From assembly GCA_051294375.1 (NCBI GenBank), contig CM119268.1, positions 20,891,869 through 20,955,868 of the forward strand: DNA of 64,000 nt. The letters are read 5' to 3'. The DNA comes from Paraspadella gotoi. Its lineage: Eukaryota; Animalia; Chaetognatha. The notes beneath the pieces were generated by a model. The model saw only the letters and a program-made list of their open reading frames with translations. It was not told the DNA's origin and did no database searches. Below, one piece after another: positions 40,702-54,160 of this stretch; the stretch's first letter is position 1, and every line of letters begins with the position of its first letter. Position numbers and translations under genes: made by a program.

Positions 40702-40954
40702 GTGTGTTGTTGGAGTGATTGGCGAAACAGGTTCGAAAGCGATTAATTTTGAATGACGTTCACAGTGAGTGATTTGGCATTGTGATTTGCGTTAGAGGAA
40801 AGATCGAAATGAAAAATAAATCATTGGAATTTGATAGTGAAAGTCATGATTGTTATGACATTCCATGTGATGTTATTTCATGTCATGTGATATGTAAATT
40901 TAAATTTTAGGGATTTTTAGAATCGAGAAAATGAAAAGAAGAATGAAGTGGGTA

Positions 40955-41128
40955 AATTTGATCAAAATCAATAAGATTTAGTCAGAATTAATAGGATTTG
41001 GTCAGAATTAATAAAATTTGTTCCGAATTAATAAGATTTGGTCAAAATTAATAAAATTTGGACAGAATCAATAATATTTGGTCAGAATTTATAAGATTTT
41101 TATAAAACTTGGTCAGAATTATTAGTTT
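40955..41128. repeat. 20-bp minisatellite (TTGGTCAGAATTAATAAGAT), ~8 copies
   Basis: Direct inspection. Confidence 0.88.
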
Positions 41129-41326
41129 GGCCAAGAAAAATTGAGAGAGATAAATAATCTTTACCTAAGCAATTCGTTTACTCATCAAATCTCAACTGAT
41201 TAGTCTTGTAATCAAAGATTTCAAATTTCCAAATTTAGAACCAGGGCGCAAACGCGAGGGCGATTCCTCAATGGAGGAGGCCCCTTCAGGGTCGCCCCTA
41301 ACGAGGCCGGGGCGTTGCAAAATATT

Positions 41327-41454
<128 letters not shown>

Positions 41455-41546
41455 GAGAGTTGGTTATTAGCAAGGGTCACTTAACGATAAAGGTGTAGAT
41501 CGTACATCAGTCAATGAGAAGCCTCATTAGTTAATAGTGTAGCGGA

Positions 41547-41661
41547 CATTGTCAGTCTGTAAAGAAATGACATTAACTGCAATTTAACATTAATTAATTA
41601 ATGAGACATTGTCAGTCATTGTCAGTCTGTAAAGAAATGACATTAATTACAATTTAACATT
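41547..41661. repeat. ~45-bp direct repeat with 70-bp period
   Basis: cattgtcagtctgtaaagaaatgacattaaYtRcaatttaacatt at 41547 and 41617. Confidence 0.85.
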
Positions 41662-41703
41662 CAATTTAACATCGATGGAACTTGGTTTTTGGATGATAGT
41701 TTT

Positions 41704-41771
<68 letters not shown>

Positions 41772-42036
41772 AAATCGAGCCCCGCCGAAATTATGCGAAA
41801 AAAAGATAGATTCCAAAAAAAGGTCAAAAGTTGAAAGTGCAAATCTCGTCTCGCATCAAACCCGCGCCAGACGCCGCTGATGTCGGCAGAAGGCGGCCAT
41901 CGCCGACTCCTGCAAGAATAAAAGCGACCAATTGCCTCTCTTTTTTTTCGCGGGAAAATCAACGCCCACCGATCGGCGGNNNNNNNNNNNNNNNNNNNNN
42001 NNNNNNNNNNNNNNNNNNNNNNNNNNNNNNNNNNNN

Positions 42037-42875
42037 GGTGGACAAGGTCTGGAAAAGTGGAAGGCCGGTTGGGAAAGGTGGAAGAGCGTTGGAAGGTGTT
42101 ATGGAAAAGTGAAAAGGGTCGGAAAGGTTGGAAGGCTGGAAAAGCGGTTGGGAAAAGTGGGAGGGAGGAAAGTGGAAGCGCTCGTTGGAAACGGTTGGAA
42201 GGTATGCGAAAAGGTGGAAGCGGTGGAAAAGTGGAAGGGTGTAAGCAGTGGAAGGGGAAGGGTGGAAGTGTGGAAAGGTTTTTTGTGTGGAAAGGGGGTT
42301 AGAAAGGTGGTAAGCGTGGTAAGGCGTTTGAAAGGTTCGGAAGGCTTGTTGGAATTTTATTAGAAAGGTAGAAGGGTGGAAGGTGGAAAGCTGTGAAAGG
42401 GTTGGAAAGGTGGAAGCGGTGCGAAAGGTGGACACGGGTCTGAAAATCGGTTCTGTTGAAAAAGGTGGAGGGTGAAGGTGTGAAGAGTGCGAAAGGGGAA
42501 GGTGAAAAGGTAGAAGGTGGGAAAGTGGGAAAGGTTGGAAGGGGGAAAGGTGGAAGGGTGAAAGGGTAGGAAAAGTTGAAATAGGTGGCTTGGAAAGGGG
42601 AAGGCGCGTGGAAAGGTGGCAAAGTGGCAAGGGTTGCGAAGCTGGAAAGGTGGAAGCCGGTCGGCAAAATGTGGAAGTGGAAGGTGGTAAGGGTGGTAAG
42701 GTGTAAAGCGTTTTGGTAAGGGTGAAAGATGGAAGGGTGGACGGCGAAAGGACCTGGTAAAAGGTGGAAGAGTGGAAAGGTACTAGAAGGCGTCTAGAAG
42801 CGGTGGAAAGGTGGAAGGGTGGAAAGGTGGAAGGGTGGAAAGGTGAAAGGGTGGAACGGATGGAAGGATTAAGGG
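42037..42875 (+). repeat. Purine-rich 8-bp satellite (GGTGGAAA/GGTGGAAG), degenerate
   Basis: Clean copies at 42802-42856; explains the P/S/T/F-rich ORF 41959-42903. Confidence 0.88.
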
Positions 42876-43638
42876 TTGGGGGGGAGTTCCTTTTTATTTG
42901 CATTGTTGAGTGCAGATGGAGGACGAAACTTTTTGGTTTTGGAAATTGTTACAAGATGGCGTTAGTATCGTAGGAATTACTTCCGAGCCCGAATAGACGG
43001 GCATTGCAGAATGAATCAGTATGCGGTTGAGAAATTAGGGTAAGATATGATAACGAATTCCGAGTTGATGGAATTATCATGGGAATTGGCAGAGGCAATT
43101 GGGTAAGGGTAAGGACGAGCGAGGGAAAAGAAGGAAGGACCTCGGGTGAGGCTAACGGAGGAAACGAGATTAAAGCGAAAAGCTTTAATTTGGAAAGCTT
43201 AAATACAACTTTGAAATATATAAATAAAAATAAAAAATTAAAAAACTAAATAATATAAATAAATATTATTTCAAAAATTAAGTCGTTAATTAAACTTAAT
43301 GAAAGTTTCGGTCAATTACTAAAAGAAAATAGGAAGAAAACCGAATCTAGAGATGTCAGAAATAATCTAAACTACTGCAAGATTTAATTAGATTGAGAAA
43401 CTCAATCTCATTTCAAACTCTGCTACATTTTTAACGGTTAAGACGGTTAAGACGGTTAAGACGGTTAAGACACTGGAGCCTGGAGAGACCTAATCATCTG
43501 CGTCAGTGTAGTTTGCTTTAAAGAGGCCTTCTGTAAATCGGTGAAGATCAACGCGCCGCTTGAGGGATGAGGGTGGAGGGGGGGGAAAAGGGGCGTGGCT
43601 CTCTCCTTTTGACCTCATCAAAGTTAATACGAGCGATC

Positions 43639-43715
43639 GATGGTGAGGAATTGGATGGAGAAGAGAGGTAAGGATCAGTGGATGGTGAGGAATTGGATGG
43701 AGAAGAGAGGTAAGG
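43639..43715. repeat. 42-bp tandem duplication (also (ACGGTTAAG)x4 at 43434-43471)
   Basis: gatggtgaggaattggatggagaagagaggtaagg at 43639 and 43681. Confidence 0.88.
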
Positions 43716-43778
43716 GAGGAAAACCTTGAGAACGAATCGAAAAAATCTTACGTCAATCACGAATTTTGAAACGATGGG

Positions 43779-43846
<68 letters not shown>

Positions 43847-44201
43847 GAATAATTTTCATTAGAGGTGAAAAAGTGACACAAAGTTTCATTCAAGTTCAGT
43901 CAAACTTAAACCAAGTTTTACCTAAGATTTATTTTCAGATCCTAAGGATTTAATTCACATTGTTCAGGAGAATTCTTTAAGCCTTATCTTATTCTAATAA
44001 TAATATAATAATTTGCAAAACTGTGATCCGTCAGTCAATCAAAAGAGCAGTCTTGTCACGACAGGCGGCAACCGCCGTCAGGCCTTGCCAGGCGAAGCCT
44101 GCATAAACACAAAAAAGAGAGACAATAATGTTTTTCTAATGTTTTTTTATTCTGAAAAGTCTAGACTGAGGCTGAAAACGAGCCGCGGTTCTAAACCAAA
44201 G

Positions 44202-44261
<60 letters not shown>

Positions 44262-44317
44262 GATTAGTCGTTCAAAGGTCCCCAGGGGATTTGGGCCGGA
44301 GTTTAAATGGTGGTCAA

Positions 44318-44505
44318 TGATCGGCGATGCCATCGGCGTTTCCATCAATGATGCCATCGGCGTTGCCGTACATCCCGACTGATGCTACTGGCGTTGCCAT
44401 CTGTGAGGATATTGCGTTGCTATCGGCTAGCGACATTGCCTTTGAAATTTCCATTGGTTTTGATGTTGTGATGCCAACTATCCCGATACTGGCATTGCTA
44501 TCAGT
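44318..44505. repeat. Degenerate 12-bp repeat (GWTGCCATCGGC)
   Basis: gatgccatcggc / gtttccatc / gttgccatc units decaying toward the 3' end. Confidence 0.65.
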
Positions 44506-45014
44506 AAGAGGAACCCGAAATATACTAGATGCTGCTTTCTTTTCTTTTTGTTTCGTTTTTATTTTGTATTATTTTATCATTTGTTTTCTTTAGGTTTTTT
44601 TTGTTTTTAGTTATCTTGTCTTGTGTTTGTTTCTAAAAAAAACAGCAACTGAGAATTCGTATCGATCTACGGATTAACTCGACAGATGTCTCTCTCTCAG
44701 TCAGAGCAAAGAAAACAAAAGACAAGAAACGAAAAAGCATCATCTGACCTCGTCAGTCTCTCGAAGGTCCCTCGGATTTTTCATCACTTTTTTACCAATT
44801 GCTTTTATACTTTTGAGTTTTGACTTTTATCTTTTTTCTTGTCACATATTATTTGTAATTAACAAATGTAAAAGTTGTTGTTCCCTGATTTGTCACATAT
44901 TCATATTTTGTTCTTCTTTGCTTTGAATTTCTTCTTTTTTTTCTCTTCCTATTTTCTCTCTTATCTTTCTCCCTTTCTCCTTGAGCCGTTACACTTTCAC
45001 TCAGAAGCGACAAG

Positions 45015-45091
<77 letters not shown>

Positions 45092-45182
45092 ACTGTCTTT
45101 TATCGCCTCCGACAATGACCGAAAAGCAGGATTGAAAGAAGAAATAATAACAAAAAAAGCGCAACAAATAGGAAAGTTTTCT

Positions 45183-45480
45183 TTTCACACTTGTCCCCTG
45201 TCCTTCTCCTTTCCCCGCTTTCAACTTTCCCCGTGTCCTTTCCTTTTTTTTCTCCGTTTCACACTTTCCCCTGTCCTTTCTTTCCTTTCCCCGGTTTTCA
45301 AACTTGTCCCCTGCTCCTTTCCTTTCCTTTCCCCGTTTTCAACTTCGTCCCCTGTTTTTCCTTCCCCGTCGTCAACTTGTCCCCTGTCCTTTCCTTTCCC
45401 CGGTTCAACTTGTTCCCTGTCCTTTCCTTTTCCCCGGTCTTTCAAACTTGTCCCCTATCTTTCTTTTCCCTGCTTTGCCC
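45183..45480. repeat. 33-40 bp pyrimidine-rich minisatellite (AACTTGTCCCCTGTCCTTTCCTTTCCCCGGTTTTC), ~8 copies
   Basis: Direct inspection. Confidence 0.88.
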
Positions 45481-47712
45481 CTTAGGGACCCCAGTGATAA
45501 AAATTGCATATCATAAGCTTAAGGGTCTATCATCAAAGGAATTTGAATGTTATAGTCATTTAATTTTCTTTGCACGGAACAGTGGCCGAAAAAAATTCCT
45601 ATTCTCCTTATTTCTAGCGGAAACAAAAAAATATTATTTTAATTTATGAATTATATAATTTCTCGTTGATCTTCGCATTCTACTTCTCAATTATTCACTC
45701 TAATCCATTATTTATCTATATATAATGCATTAGAAAGTATTTTTTACCTAAATGTCATCCAATTTTATTATATTTTTACAACACTCTCTACAAAGCTACA
45801 TAATTAGGTTATAAGCTTGCACCATATGAACAAAAGGCCTTTCTCACAAGAACCTCATACTATTTTTAATCTTTATATTTGCTTGAAAAAGCGAGTATAA
45901 ATATCTAAACCTAAATTTCAAATATTTACTTTAATACAGAACATAACTCTCCAATGCTCTCTTTTTTATATTCATTCCCTTAAATGTTATAATTAAACTA
46001 TATTGATTCCTATTTAAAATTTAGCCAAAAGTATAGAAATCTTTCTCTTCTTTTTTTATATTTATTCATTACTTGCAAAGAGTCTTCTTAGTTTTATATC
46101 CAATATTAACAGGAATCATTTTAAGAAAGTTTAAATTAAAATCAGTCTCTCCAGATCTCACTTAAAATTTGATTCTACTATCAACCTAAGCGTTTTCTCA
46201 TTTTTTTTATAAAATTTTCTCATGATAAAAGCAGAACATCCTTTCTCGTACAAATGTAGAATATCTCTCACACCCTCTCTCTTGCGCGTCATATATAAAA
46301 AAATATCTCTAAAACTTGTGAACAAACATGATTTTCTTCTCCTTATCCGATTTTTTTAAGTTCAAACATAACGTGCTCTCTTCGCCCTCTGCTTTAGATC
46401 GAAATTTTTAACGTGACTTCCAAATGATAAACTATCAGCAAGAACAAGAATCCGTGATATGATCAGAACCAGTTAAGTTAAACGGTGCTCTCAAAACGTT
46501 ATTTCCTAGCTTTTGTACCCCCCCTGTTTTTTCCCCATAAGTCAAAAGATCAAAACTATTTTTTTCTTTTATTTACTTTTTTGTTCTTTGACTATTTTTA
46601 CCAAACAGTTTTGAGTTTCGTTTTTTTGTTCCTTTTTTTTTCTTTCTGTTACGTTTTCTGATAACTTTAAATTTTGTTTGATAAAATAACATTTCCAACA
46701 ATTCGCTTGCAAACTGTACGCCATAACGAGGCAGCTGCTGACAGCCGAACCGAAAGTTAGTTTTATTTAATGTATAAATTATAATTTGTTATATTTTCGT
46801 TGACGGCAAAACAATAATCGATATGACAGGACGCAAAATTAATAATCGACAAAGATTGAGTCATTGCAGAAACGAACTTAGAATTCAAGAAGTGATATGA
46901 GCCTTTGGACACCGCTTTGACATTTGGACATTAATGATTGGGTCATTAGACATTAGGACTTAGCATATTGGGTCCTTAGACATTGGGACATTCTCAGAAA
47001 AAGTGGGACATTTCAGAAATGGGGCAACGGGAAATTGGAAAGTTTTGAACGATGAGTCGAGAAGAAACTTGGACGTTGGGAGAAAAAAAAAGGAATAATT
47101 CATATATAATGAGTTAAGAGATTTGATTGTAAAGATAAAAGAAGAGATAGAAAGAGAAGAAAGAAAATAACAAGAGAAAGAGAAGAAAGAAAATAAAAAG
47201 AGAAAAGAAAAGAAAGAAAAGAAAAAGTTGTATTAAAAATGTTAAAAAAATATTGAGAATATTTTTTCCAGTTTGATCGATTTCCATTTAAGAATTAAAA
47301 CCTAGACTTTGGATTTCTTAGACTTTAACGCCTCAGTTATTTTTTGTCTCCTTTCTTTTCTCTGCCGAATTCAAATTTTTGATCGTCCTTAACTTGTAGT
47401 CACGAATTAGGCCCATACGTTTACCGGTCGTAATTTGGCGAGACTCCAGATAAACATTTAGTTCGTTTTTTGACAATTTCGTAATTAATACTAAATTAAT
47501 ACTAAAAATAAAGTCTCCACTTTTATTTCATCAATTTCCTCGTCATTCAGCTCATATGTTAGACTTACAGGGGACCGCCTCGAACGCCGATATCGCAGTT
47601 GGTATTCAATTCAGTAAAAATTGTTTTTCACACCAGCCCACCACAAAACATCACACCACTTACACACCCTCTCTCTCTCTCTCTCTCNNNNNNNNNNNNN
47701 NNNNNNNNNNNN

Positions 47713-49010
47713 CGTTCGTCCTTTTTTTTTACCTTGTTTTTGTTTGTTTCTCCCTCCTCTCTCTTCAATCTCTTCTTCTCTCTCTCATCCTTCCCTCGTA
47801 CTTTCACTGAAGCATAGGCGACGGCGTGACTCCTTGATGTTTTAATATTCCTTTCTATTTATCATTATACCGATGCAAAGAATTCTTATATATCGTGGGC
47901 TTATCGTGGGAATATGGTAATGATGGAGGAGAATGGGTGTCGGTTGTTATATGGGGGATAGAGTAGATTTGTATTGAGAATGCTGTGTTGGTAGAGGGTA
48001 GTAGGGATAATGGGAAAAGTTATAAATGTAAAGAAAAAATAATAGAAAAAAAAGAAGTGAAAAAATGAATAAGAAGTAATATAAAGAAAGTTTAAAGAAA
48101 TTAATAGATTAAGAAATAATCAGATGATTGATTTTTCAATGTTTCTGCAATACATTGATGTCACATACCTGCTGGCGCGGATAAGATAGACGTCAAAACG
48201 GTACAATCATAACAAACGTTTAATTAATAATAACAAATGTTAATCTGAATAATACCGACAAAGACAACCTAACCGCCGAGTGTCCAAAAAGATAGTTTGA
48301 GTGCTGCCTGATGATGTTGGAGATGAATGGACAAAGAGTAAGCTAAAAATAGAAGGGATGCGAGATCAAACGAGCAAGACGAATGAACATAATATAAGTG
48401 AAAGATGTAAAAGGAAACAGTTGGCAAAAAAGAAGATAAAACGGAAAAGAAAAAAGAAAAGTAATGAAAAAGAAAAAAAATAGAAAAATAGGAAATAGAA
48501 AAAATTACAAAACGATATGGTAAATATGAAAATGTTGAATATGTTATAATGGTTTTACTAATTTCTTCGTGACGATGGACTATGAAAAAAATAAAACTTT
48601 TAAGAAAAAGTTAAAATAACACCAAAACAAAAAAGGTGTAAAAAAAAAAAGAAAAAAAAAAACCAAATTTGTCGATTAAAAAACAAAAATGAAAAAATAT
48701 TAGGAGTAAATTAATTTGAAGACAACAAGCAAAAATAAGTGGTTCAAAGAAATGGAATAAAGGAAAAGAATTAAGAAGAAGAAACAAGAGAATGAGAAGA
48801 ATAAAGGAAGTTACGAAAGTGGAAAAATGAAAATCGATGGAAAAGCATAGTGATTGTAAGGAGAAACATGAGGTAAGGAAGGAGAGAGAGAAGAGAAGAG
48901 AAGAGAGAGAGAGAGAGAGAAGAGAGATGTAGAGAAGAGATATAGATGTTATATGAGAGAGTAATTCTATGGTGAGGAAGGTATAGAACCAAAAGAGAAA
49001 ATGAGGAAGA

Positions 49011-49042
<32 letters not shown>

Positions 49043-49146
49043 AAGGAAAGAAAGAAAGAGAGAGAGAGAGAGACAGAGAGAAGAGAGAGAGAGAGAGAAG
49101 AAGAGAAGAGAGAGAGAAGAGTAATAGAGAGAAGAATTATGCGGAT
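47713..49146 (+). repeat. Left arm of an apparently perfect 1.43-kb inverted duplication
   Basis: ORFs 48301-48483(+) / 52339-52521(-) and 48771-48992(-) / 51830-52051(+) are identical; paired coordinates sum to 100822. Confidence 0.93.
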
Positions 49147-50830
49147 GCGAAATTTACAGCAGATAAAACAAAAAGGTGTGAACAAAAACAACTAACAAAG
49201 GAAAGAGACACAAAAGAAAAGAAAGAAACGAGATAACGAATACAGGCTGTCGAATAAAATCATGATTCCCACTCAGAAAATTAAGAGGACCCACGTGGAA
49301 CGGGGAAAAGGCGATGACGGCGAAACATGATATGAGATGAAAATGAATAGAGAAATGAAGAGATATGATGATGCGATAGATATGAAATGAATGATGAGAT
49401 GATGGAATATGTTAATATGATGATAAAAAATTGACGAGCAAAAATAATTAAAGTATTTTTTTTTTGATGATAAATGAGAACTTTTTAGGTCTTCTGTAAT
49501 ATTGAGAAATAAAGTCGAGACGACCACGGCACAAAACGAGACAACGGACGATGAACATAACGGACGAATGAAAATTACGATGACAACATGACGAACAAAA
49601 CGACGACTACGACGACTATCTTATACTATACTACTACACTACACTGACACTGACTGATGACAACACACAATAATCTCTATAATCACGACAAAGACTATAA
49701 CGACGATCTGACGCTGAACGAGACGACGACGTACACTGCTGACGAACACGACGTGACAGACGACGACCCCGTTGGCGCCCAATAAAAATCTCCATGAACG
49801 ACCCTGAAGTTCTCGGAGAAAAGAATAAAGAAAGGAAACAAGAAAGAAGAATAGTAAAAAAACGAAAGAAAATAGGGATAAAAAAAAGAGGAATAAAAAC
49901 AGGCGTATCAAAGGAACAAAAAAGCAAAAGGACAAATGTCACGAAGAGAAAATAAAACAAGAAAGTTCGAACACTGTTAAAATGGGAGGAAGAAAGAGAG
50001 AAGAGAGAGAGAGAAGAGGAGAAGAGAAGAGAGAATTGGAAGAGAGAAGAGAGAGAGAAGAGAGAGAAGAGAAGAGAGAGAGAGAAGAGAGAGGAGGAGG
50101 AGTGAGAGAAAGGATTAGAAGATAAGAAACGTCAAAAATATGGAATGAAAAAAATGGAAAACAAGAGAGAGGGAGAAAATAAGAGAGAAGAGGGAGAAAA
50201 GAGAAAGAGAAGAGAGAAGAAGACGAAGAGAAGAAAGAAGAGAGGAGAGAGATAAGAGAGAGAGACCACCAGTTTGAGGCACAAATGAAACAATATACTT
50301 ATTTTAATGAAAAAGAAAGAAAAAAATATTTAATATTTTAAATTTGAACAAAATAAAAGTTTTGAATCTCGGAAATGGAATTATTATGACTGTCGATTAG
50401 TATTTATTTATTCAATAAATACAAACTAAGAGATGAACTAGTTTGCGGCTTTTGTAACGTCGATATAATACGATCGGCTGATGGCAGTATCTTGGCTTCC
50501 AATCACTAACTATGACTGGGGACTGCTTTCTTTTGGCAGCCAGACTCTTCCGTTCGAATCTCCTACTTCTCTTCTCTTAAACCCGAACGTTAAAACGATG
50601 AATATCGAATGAAGAAGAATGAGAAGAGAGAGAGAGAGAAGAGAAGAGGAAGAAAAGAAGAAGAAAGAGAGAAGAAAGAAAAGAGTTCAGAATTCGAGAG
50701 AAAATGTTAGAGTCAAGAGGGAACAAGAAAGAACGTCAAATGCGAACGAATTGAAGTGACAGGGTGAGGCCAAAGTTTGGGTTTGAGAACAAAATGTTAT
50801 AGGTAATTTTTGTTGTGCCTTTTTTCTTTT
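49147..50830 (+). repeat. Error-laden direct copy of 53403-55262
   Basis: tgcgaaatttacagcag...tgattcccactca...aaaatctccatgaacgaccct...gggtttgagaacaaa present in the same order. Confidence 0.85.
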
Positions 50831-50841
50831 AAGAGGCCATA

Positions 50842-50873
<32 letters not shown>

Positions 50874-50885
50874 ACAAGAATCGGT

Positions 50886-51675
50886 TTGTTCAATGTGTCG
50901 CAATACATTGACTTTGTCACATACACGCGTCTGCGGATAATATTACGACAAAACGTACAAGCATAACATAAGTCTTTTAATTAAAATAACCAAATGTTAC
51001 ACGAACTATACTGACCAAGGAACAGACCAACCGATCGACCAAAAAGATAGTTTTAGGTTGCTTGTTGATGGGATGGTTGGGGAGAGTGAAGGGACGAAAG
51101 AGAAGCTAATAATAGAATGGGAGCGAGAGTCCAAACTGAGCAAACGATAGAACAAAAAAGGAAAAGATGTAAAAGGAATAAGTGGGGAAAAAAGAAGATA
51201 AAAAAGGAAAAGGAAGAAAAAAGAAAAGGTTGGGGGTGAAATAAAAAGGAAAAAAAAATAGAAAAGAAATGTACAAACGATATTGTAAATAGAAAAGGTT
51301 GAATATGTTTATATCGGTTGTACTAATTTCATTCTGTGACGATGGAATCGAAAAAAAGTAAAACTTTTTAAGAAAAAGTTGTAAAAAAAACAAAAAAAAA
51401 CACAAAATTACTATTAAAAGAAAAAAAAAACAACCGAGATTTGTCAAATTAAAAAACGAAAAATGAAAAAATATTAGGAAAAGAATTTGAAGACAATAAA
51501 GCAAAAATAAGGTTGGGCAAAGAAAAGGAAAGAAAGGAAAAGAAAATTAAGGAAAGAAAGGAACAAGAGTAATGAGAGAGAATAAAGGAAAGTTACGAAA
51601 GTGGAAAATTGAAAATCGATGGAAAATGCAAGGTGAGGGGTTAAGGGAGAAAACATGAGGTAAGGAGAGAGAGAG
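50886..51675 (+). repeat. Error-laden direct copy of ~48135-48890
   Basis: gcaatacattga...ccaaaaagatagttt...gttacgaaagtggaaa...aacatgaggtaagga collinear. Confidence 0.85.
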
Positions 51676-51779
51676 ATCCGCATAATTCTTCTCTCTATTA
51701 CTCTTCTCTCTCTCTTCTCTTCTTCTCTCTCTCTCTCTCTTCTCTCTGTCTCTCTCTCTCTCTCTTTCTTTCTTTCCTT

Positions 51780-51811
<32 letters not shown>

Positions 51812-53109
51812 TCTTCCTCATTTTCTCTTTTGGTTCTATACCTTCCTCACCATAGAATTACTCTCTCATATAACATCTATATCTCTTCTCTACATCTCTC
51901 TTCTCTCTCTCTCTCTCTCTTCTCTTCTCTTCTCTCTCTCCTTCCTTACCTCATGTTTCTCCTTACAATCACTATGCTTTTCCATCGATTTTCATTTTTC
52001 CACTTTCGTAACTTCCTTTATTCTTCTCATTCTCTTGTTTCTTCTTCTTAATTCTTTTCCTTTATTCCATTTCTTTGAACCACTTATTTTTGCTTGTTGT
52101 CTTCAAATTAATTTACTCCTAATATTTTTTCATTTTTGTTTTTTAATCGACAAATTTGGTTTTTTTTTTTCTTTTTTTTTTTACACCTTTTTTGTTTTGG
52201 TGTTATTTTAACTTTTTCTTAAAAGTTTTATTTTTTTCATAGTCCATCGTCACGAAGAAATTAGTAAAACCATTATAACATATTCAACATTTTCATATTT
52301 ACCATATCGTTTTGTAATTTTTTCTATTTCCTATTTTTCTATTTTTTTTCTTTTTCATTACTTTTCTTTTTTCTTTTCCGTTTTATCTTCTTTTTTGCCA
52401 ACTGTTTCCTTTTACATCTTTCACTTATATTATGTTCATTCGTCTTGCTCGTTTGATCTCGCATCCCTTCTATTTTTAGCTTACTCTTTGTCCATTCATC
52501 TCCAACATCATCAGGCAGCACTCAAACTATCTTTTTGGACACTCGGCGGTTAGGTTGTCTTTGTCGGTATTATTCAGATTAACATTTGTTATTATTAATT
52601 AAACGTTTGTTATGATTGTACCGTTTTGACGTCTATCTTATCCGCGCCAGCAGGTATGTGACATCAATGTATTGCAGAAACATTGAAAAATCAATCATCT
52701 GATTATTTCTTAATCTATTAATTTCTTTAAACTTTCTTTATATTACTTCTTATTCATTTTTTCACTTCTTTTTTTTCTATTATTTTTTCTTTACATTTAT
52801 AACTTTTCCCATTATCCCTACTACCCTCTACCAACACAGCATTCTCAATACAAATCTACTCTATCCCCCATATAACAACCGACACCCATTCTCCTCCATC
52901 ATTACCATATTCCCACGATAAGCCCACGATATATAAGAATTCTTTGCATCGGTATAATGATAAATAGAAAGGAATATTAAAACATCAAGGAGTCACGCCG
53001 TCGCCTATGCTTCAGTGAAAGTACGAGGGAAGGATGAGAGAGAGAAGAAGAGATTGAAGAGAGAGGAGGGAGAAACAAACAAAAACAAGGTAAAAAAAAA
53101 GGACGAACG
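51676..53109 (-). repeat. Right arm of the inverted duplication (noisy extension to ~53300 mirrors ~47520-47690)
   Basis: Reverse complement of 47713-49146. Confidence 0.93.
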
Positions 53110-53602
53110 GAGAGAGAGAGGAGGAGGAGAGAGAGAGAGGAAGTGTGTGTAAGTTGTGTGATGTTTCTTGGTGGTTGTAGTTGAAAACATTTTACTGAAT
53201 GTATAACCAACTGCCGATACGGCCGTCTGGCCTGTCCGTCACATGTAGTCTAACATTGGTGCTGAATGACAAGGACATTGATGACTAAGTTTATTTTTAG
53301 ATCAATGTCCATAAAATCCCGCGTAAAATAACTCAATCTACTCTCTTAGTGTTNNNNNNNNNNNNNNNNNNNNNNNNNAGAGAGAAAGATATAGTGCGGG
53401 ATTGCGAAATTTACAGCAGCGATAAAACAAAAAAGGTGTGGAACTAAAAACAACAACAAAGGAAGGAGACACAAAAGAAAAAGAAAGAATCGGAAGATAT
53501 ACGAATACAGGGCGTCGCAATAAAATCTAATTGATTCCCACTCACGGAAATTTAAGAGGACTCCACTGTAGGGACGGGGAAAAGGGCGATGACGGCGAAT
53601 AC

Positions 53603-53680
<78 letters not shown>

Positions 53681-54009
53681 TATGTTAATGTTGATGATAA
53701 AGTTGACGATGCTAATAATAATTATGAGTATATTTTTGATGATAAATGAGAACTAAAGTCAGACGACAACGGCAGCAAAAATAAAACTAATGGGACGACG
53801 ACGCCATCGTCAGAAGAACTACAATGACGATGACAAAGACGATGGCAAAGTCGACGACGATGACAACGACGATGAAAGCGACGATGACAACGACGATGAA
53901 AACGACGATGACAACGACGATGACAACGACGACATCGGGAAAATCAGCGACGACGGAGACGACGACGATGACAACGACGACTTCGACGACGACGACGACG
54001 ACTACACCG

Positions 54010-54094
<85 letters not shown>

Positions 54095-54160
54095 TTACTA
54101 CTAGTTCGACGACGACGACGATAACGACGACGACGCTGACGACGACGACGACGACGACCT
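53603..54160. repeat. (GAT)n, degenerate (ACG/ATG/ACA)n and (ACT)n trinucleotide complex
   Basis: (GAT)n 53603-53678 and (ACT)n 54010-54093; open in several frames as poly-D/T/Y/V/S. Confidence 0.92.

Noticed and set aside
53190-53206. tactgaatgtat resembling miR-iab-4
   Set aside because: Lies in the noisy inverted copy of ~47600-47620, where the clean copy reads differently; no hairpin.
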